From: Ascidiella aspersa
Lineage: Eukaryota
Length of the DNA stretch: 64,000 bases
NCBI GenBank assembly: GCA_963924565.1
Contig: OZ004613.1
Span: forward strand, 30,318,001 to 30,382,000
Direction of reading: 5' to 3'
Shown: one piece after another, positions 61,758 to 64,000 of the stretch
Layout: each line of letters begins with the position of its first letter
Numbering within the stretch: position 1 is the first letter of the stretch
Translations under genes and position numbers: made by a program
The notes under the pieces: model-generated
Told to the model about the DNA's origin: nothing
The model's database searches: none
Seen by the model: only the letters and a program-made list of their open reading frames with translations

Positions 61758-62861
61758 ATGGCGTCAAAAATTTTGCTGACTATTCTAATCCTAATGTCGA
61801 TTTTTGTGGCCACCGGAGCGAGTGAAGGTATAAGATGCCATAAAGGCTATCGTTTCAAAGCAAATTTTCTTCCTTCCTTAAAACATTGGAAAGAAACTCA
61901 ATGTGATGTTGGCATGCAATGTGTTCGCTTGAAAGGCGAGGTAAAAGTTTCTTCAAAGTTAGGCAAGAAAACGGTGGATGTTGAGGTTGCTGGTTGTCTT
62001 GAGGTTTCCGAATGCGAACTAAGCTGTGTCGAACTTTCTAGAAAGCTCATCGACGAGTATCAAGATAAATTGGACAAAAATAAAATCAAAGTGCTTCGCA
62101 TAGAGTAAGTTTAAAATACAAATTTCCCTATAACACGGCCTAAGGTGGTTCGTTGAAAGTAAATGCTCAAAACAACGCTTTTGTAAGGGGTTAGTACAGC
62201 GATTCTTAACCCTTTTGTCCCACGGACTAATTTTGTTTTTTATAAGAGTCTCAAATAATAGGAATGACATGATGGTTGGTTCGAAACTATTTTAGTAATA
62301 TTAAACAACTAATTTATGGACAACGTTGCAATTTCGTTTTAGCTTTAAATGAATCAATCCTTGCTTTGTAACATGCACTTTCCTAGTTTCAACGGATGGC
62401 AATTGAACAAAAATTCGCAAATATGAAAACAATGCATAAACTCCAAAGTTAATGTTTTCACCGACCGACCTAGAGTTAGAACCTTTTAAAGGACTGAAAT
62501 GAGTTCGCGGACTCGGGGTTGAGAATCTATGGTTTGGTACTTTAGTGTTACAGTAGAAAAAAATTAGATATATAAACTATTTTTTAAGCCATGTTCTAAA
62601 CCTTTGGCACATTCGCAATGTTTGTAACTTTAAAAAATGGTGCACCACGGCTTAATGTAGGCTTCAAGTCCCAGTAACCTCTATCGTTAATTTGTGTGAT
62701 TTTCTAGTAAGAAGAAATGTCAAGCTGGATGCTGCAACAAACCACTTTGCAACTCCGTAATTCCGAGGCAGTCCAACAACAGCTTCAAGCATAACACATC
62801 TGCATTTCAATATGGAGTGTTGTTTGTGGCATACACAATGTTTATACATAATTTTATGTGA
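61758..62861 (+). CDS. Ly6/uPAR (three-finger) domain protein, probably GPI-anchored, 2 coding exons, 166 aa
   Basis: Exons 61758-62104 and 62708-62861 join in frame. Signal peptide MASKILLTILILMSIFVATGASEG, then IRC; 10 Cys ending in CCNKPLCN; hydrophobic C-terminal tail YGVLFVAYTMFIHNFM. Confidence 0.85.
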
Positions 62862-63723
62862 TTCACGAGATTTTAATGCAAATACAGATATGTTATATAT
62901 CATGTAGCCTATATATAAATTGAATTTTACGCCAATTTTAAAGACAATTGTATTTAGGGTTTTAACCAAAAATGTGTTTTTTTCGTCTCAAAGAACTTTT
63001 CATTAGCAACTTAGAAGTTGCCACAACAATTCATTGGTTTTTGATTTGTTTTTTCTATTTCTTGAAACGTTTGATTGTAAATAAATTGCAAAAAGGAAAA
63101 ATATTTCGTTTAAACCCACGTCATTTGTTCAAAATTTAAGTCATATCTTTAAAATACTTAAGTTAGGTCAAGTACATTTGTTTAAACGAATTATGTCAAG
63201 TTAAGTAATTTTTACCCAAAAGACGTAAGTCAAGTCAAGTCAAGTCAGGCCATTTGTGTAAAATACTGAAGACAAAAAAATAAATGCTCAACCCTGGCGT
63301 AGAGTTTAGTTACGTAAGAGGAAGTAGACTTTTTGCTTAAAATTCGGTAAAGTTTGAGATACAGAAACTCAAAACAGGAACTTGCCACGTCGGCAGAAAC
63401 CCACCGTTGCGTGACGATTCTGCCCTTGACTCTTTTCACCAACGAACTCGACTGACCGGAATTTATCCAGGAAAGCGAACCCACAGAACAAATTAAAAGA
63501 ATTCGAAATATACCTTTTTTAAATCGCAAGTTTTGTCGAAATTTTGTGCGATAAAAATATGCATCAAACTGTCGTTTCAAGGAAAATAATTAAATTGATG
63601 CTGAAGTTAAACAAAAACATATTTTTATAGAAGAACTGCTAATTCTGACTAATTTTAAGGCGGCACGCGACACCAAAATACCCGTTGGGATAATGCGTCG
63701 GTTAAGGAGTCGGCCAGACTATT

Positions 63724-63983
63724 TTATGAACATTGAAATAAGCCTGTACTGTGTTTCGTGTAGCAGAGCTTCTTATACTGTGCGTCGTTGCAATTTTCCA
63801 AGGGTGTCGCTGAGTCACTGCCAGAAAGTCCACTTTTTGCAAAATCTTTTACGTTAAAGTCGGAATTTGTGTCTTTGCTGGGATTGCCAACTTTGATGAC
63901 GTCATCAGTGACATCATCGGCCACATCGTATATATTTTCGTCTTCGGGGGTATTTTTATCACCACTAGAGGCAGTATAGTCCA
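63724..63983 (-). CDS. probable terminal coding exon of an unidentified gene extending past the window
   Basis: Acceptor TTTTATGACTTCGCAG, then an 86-codon acidic, hydrophilic open frame (DENIYDVADD...YKKL) ending in TAA. Confidence 0.5.
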
Positions 63984-64000
63984 CTGCGAAGTCATAAAAA

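Noticed and set aside
63245-63580. Minus ORF with RILLICSVG...INS, loosely like the IFI44 P-loop region
   Set aside because: Lacks the GxGKS motif and convincing flanking splice sites, and lies in a probable 3'UTR; likely chance, although a decayed exon is not excluded.

Overview
Eukaryotic, AT-rich, intron-containing animal genomic DNA. The chordate-like orthologues, short introns and dense MITEs suggest an invertebrate chordate such as an ascidian; this is an inference. Gene models were assembled by hand from GT-AG sites with reading-frame checks. Plus strand: glutamine synthetase (7 coding exons), IPPK (2), FEM1B (14), MORC2 (22), and a two-exon GPI-anchored Ly6/uPAR three-finger gene nested antisense in an intron. 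Minus strand: the 3' exons of an IFI44-like gene with an unusual ~126-aa tail, plus the terminal exon of an unidentified gene at the right edge. RNA genes: tRNA-iMet and tRNA-His only 5 nt apart sharing one Pol III terminator, and two tRNA-like pseudo-copies. Best leads: (1) two families of minimal type-I hammerhead ribozymes, one in ~160-nt tandem units (retrozyme/Penelope-like), including an apparently intact sense-strand copy in a MORC2 intron; (2) the dicistronic tRNA; (3) duplicated splice sites that would act as poison acceptors in MORC2; (4) the Ly6 gene bracketed by inverted transposon-like arms; (5) a probable IPPK-FEM1B operon and stacked uORFs on IPPK. No database searches or folding programs were run; family assignments come from recognised motifs.
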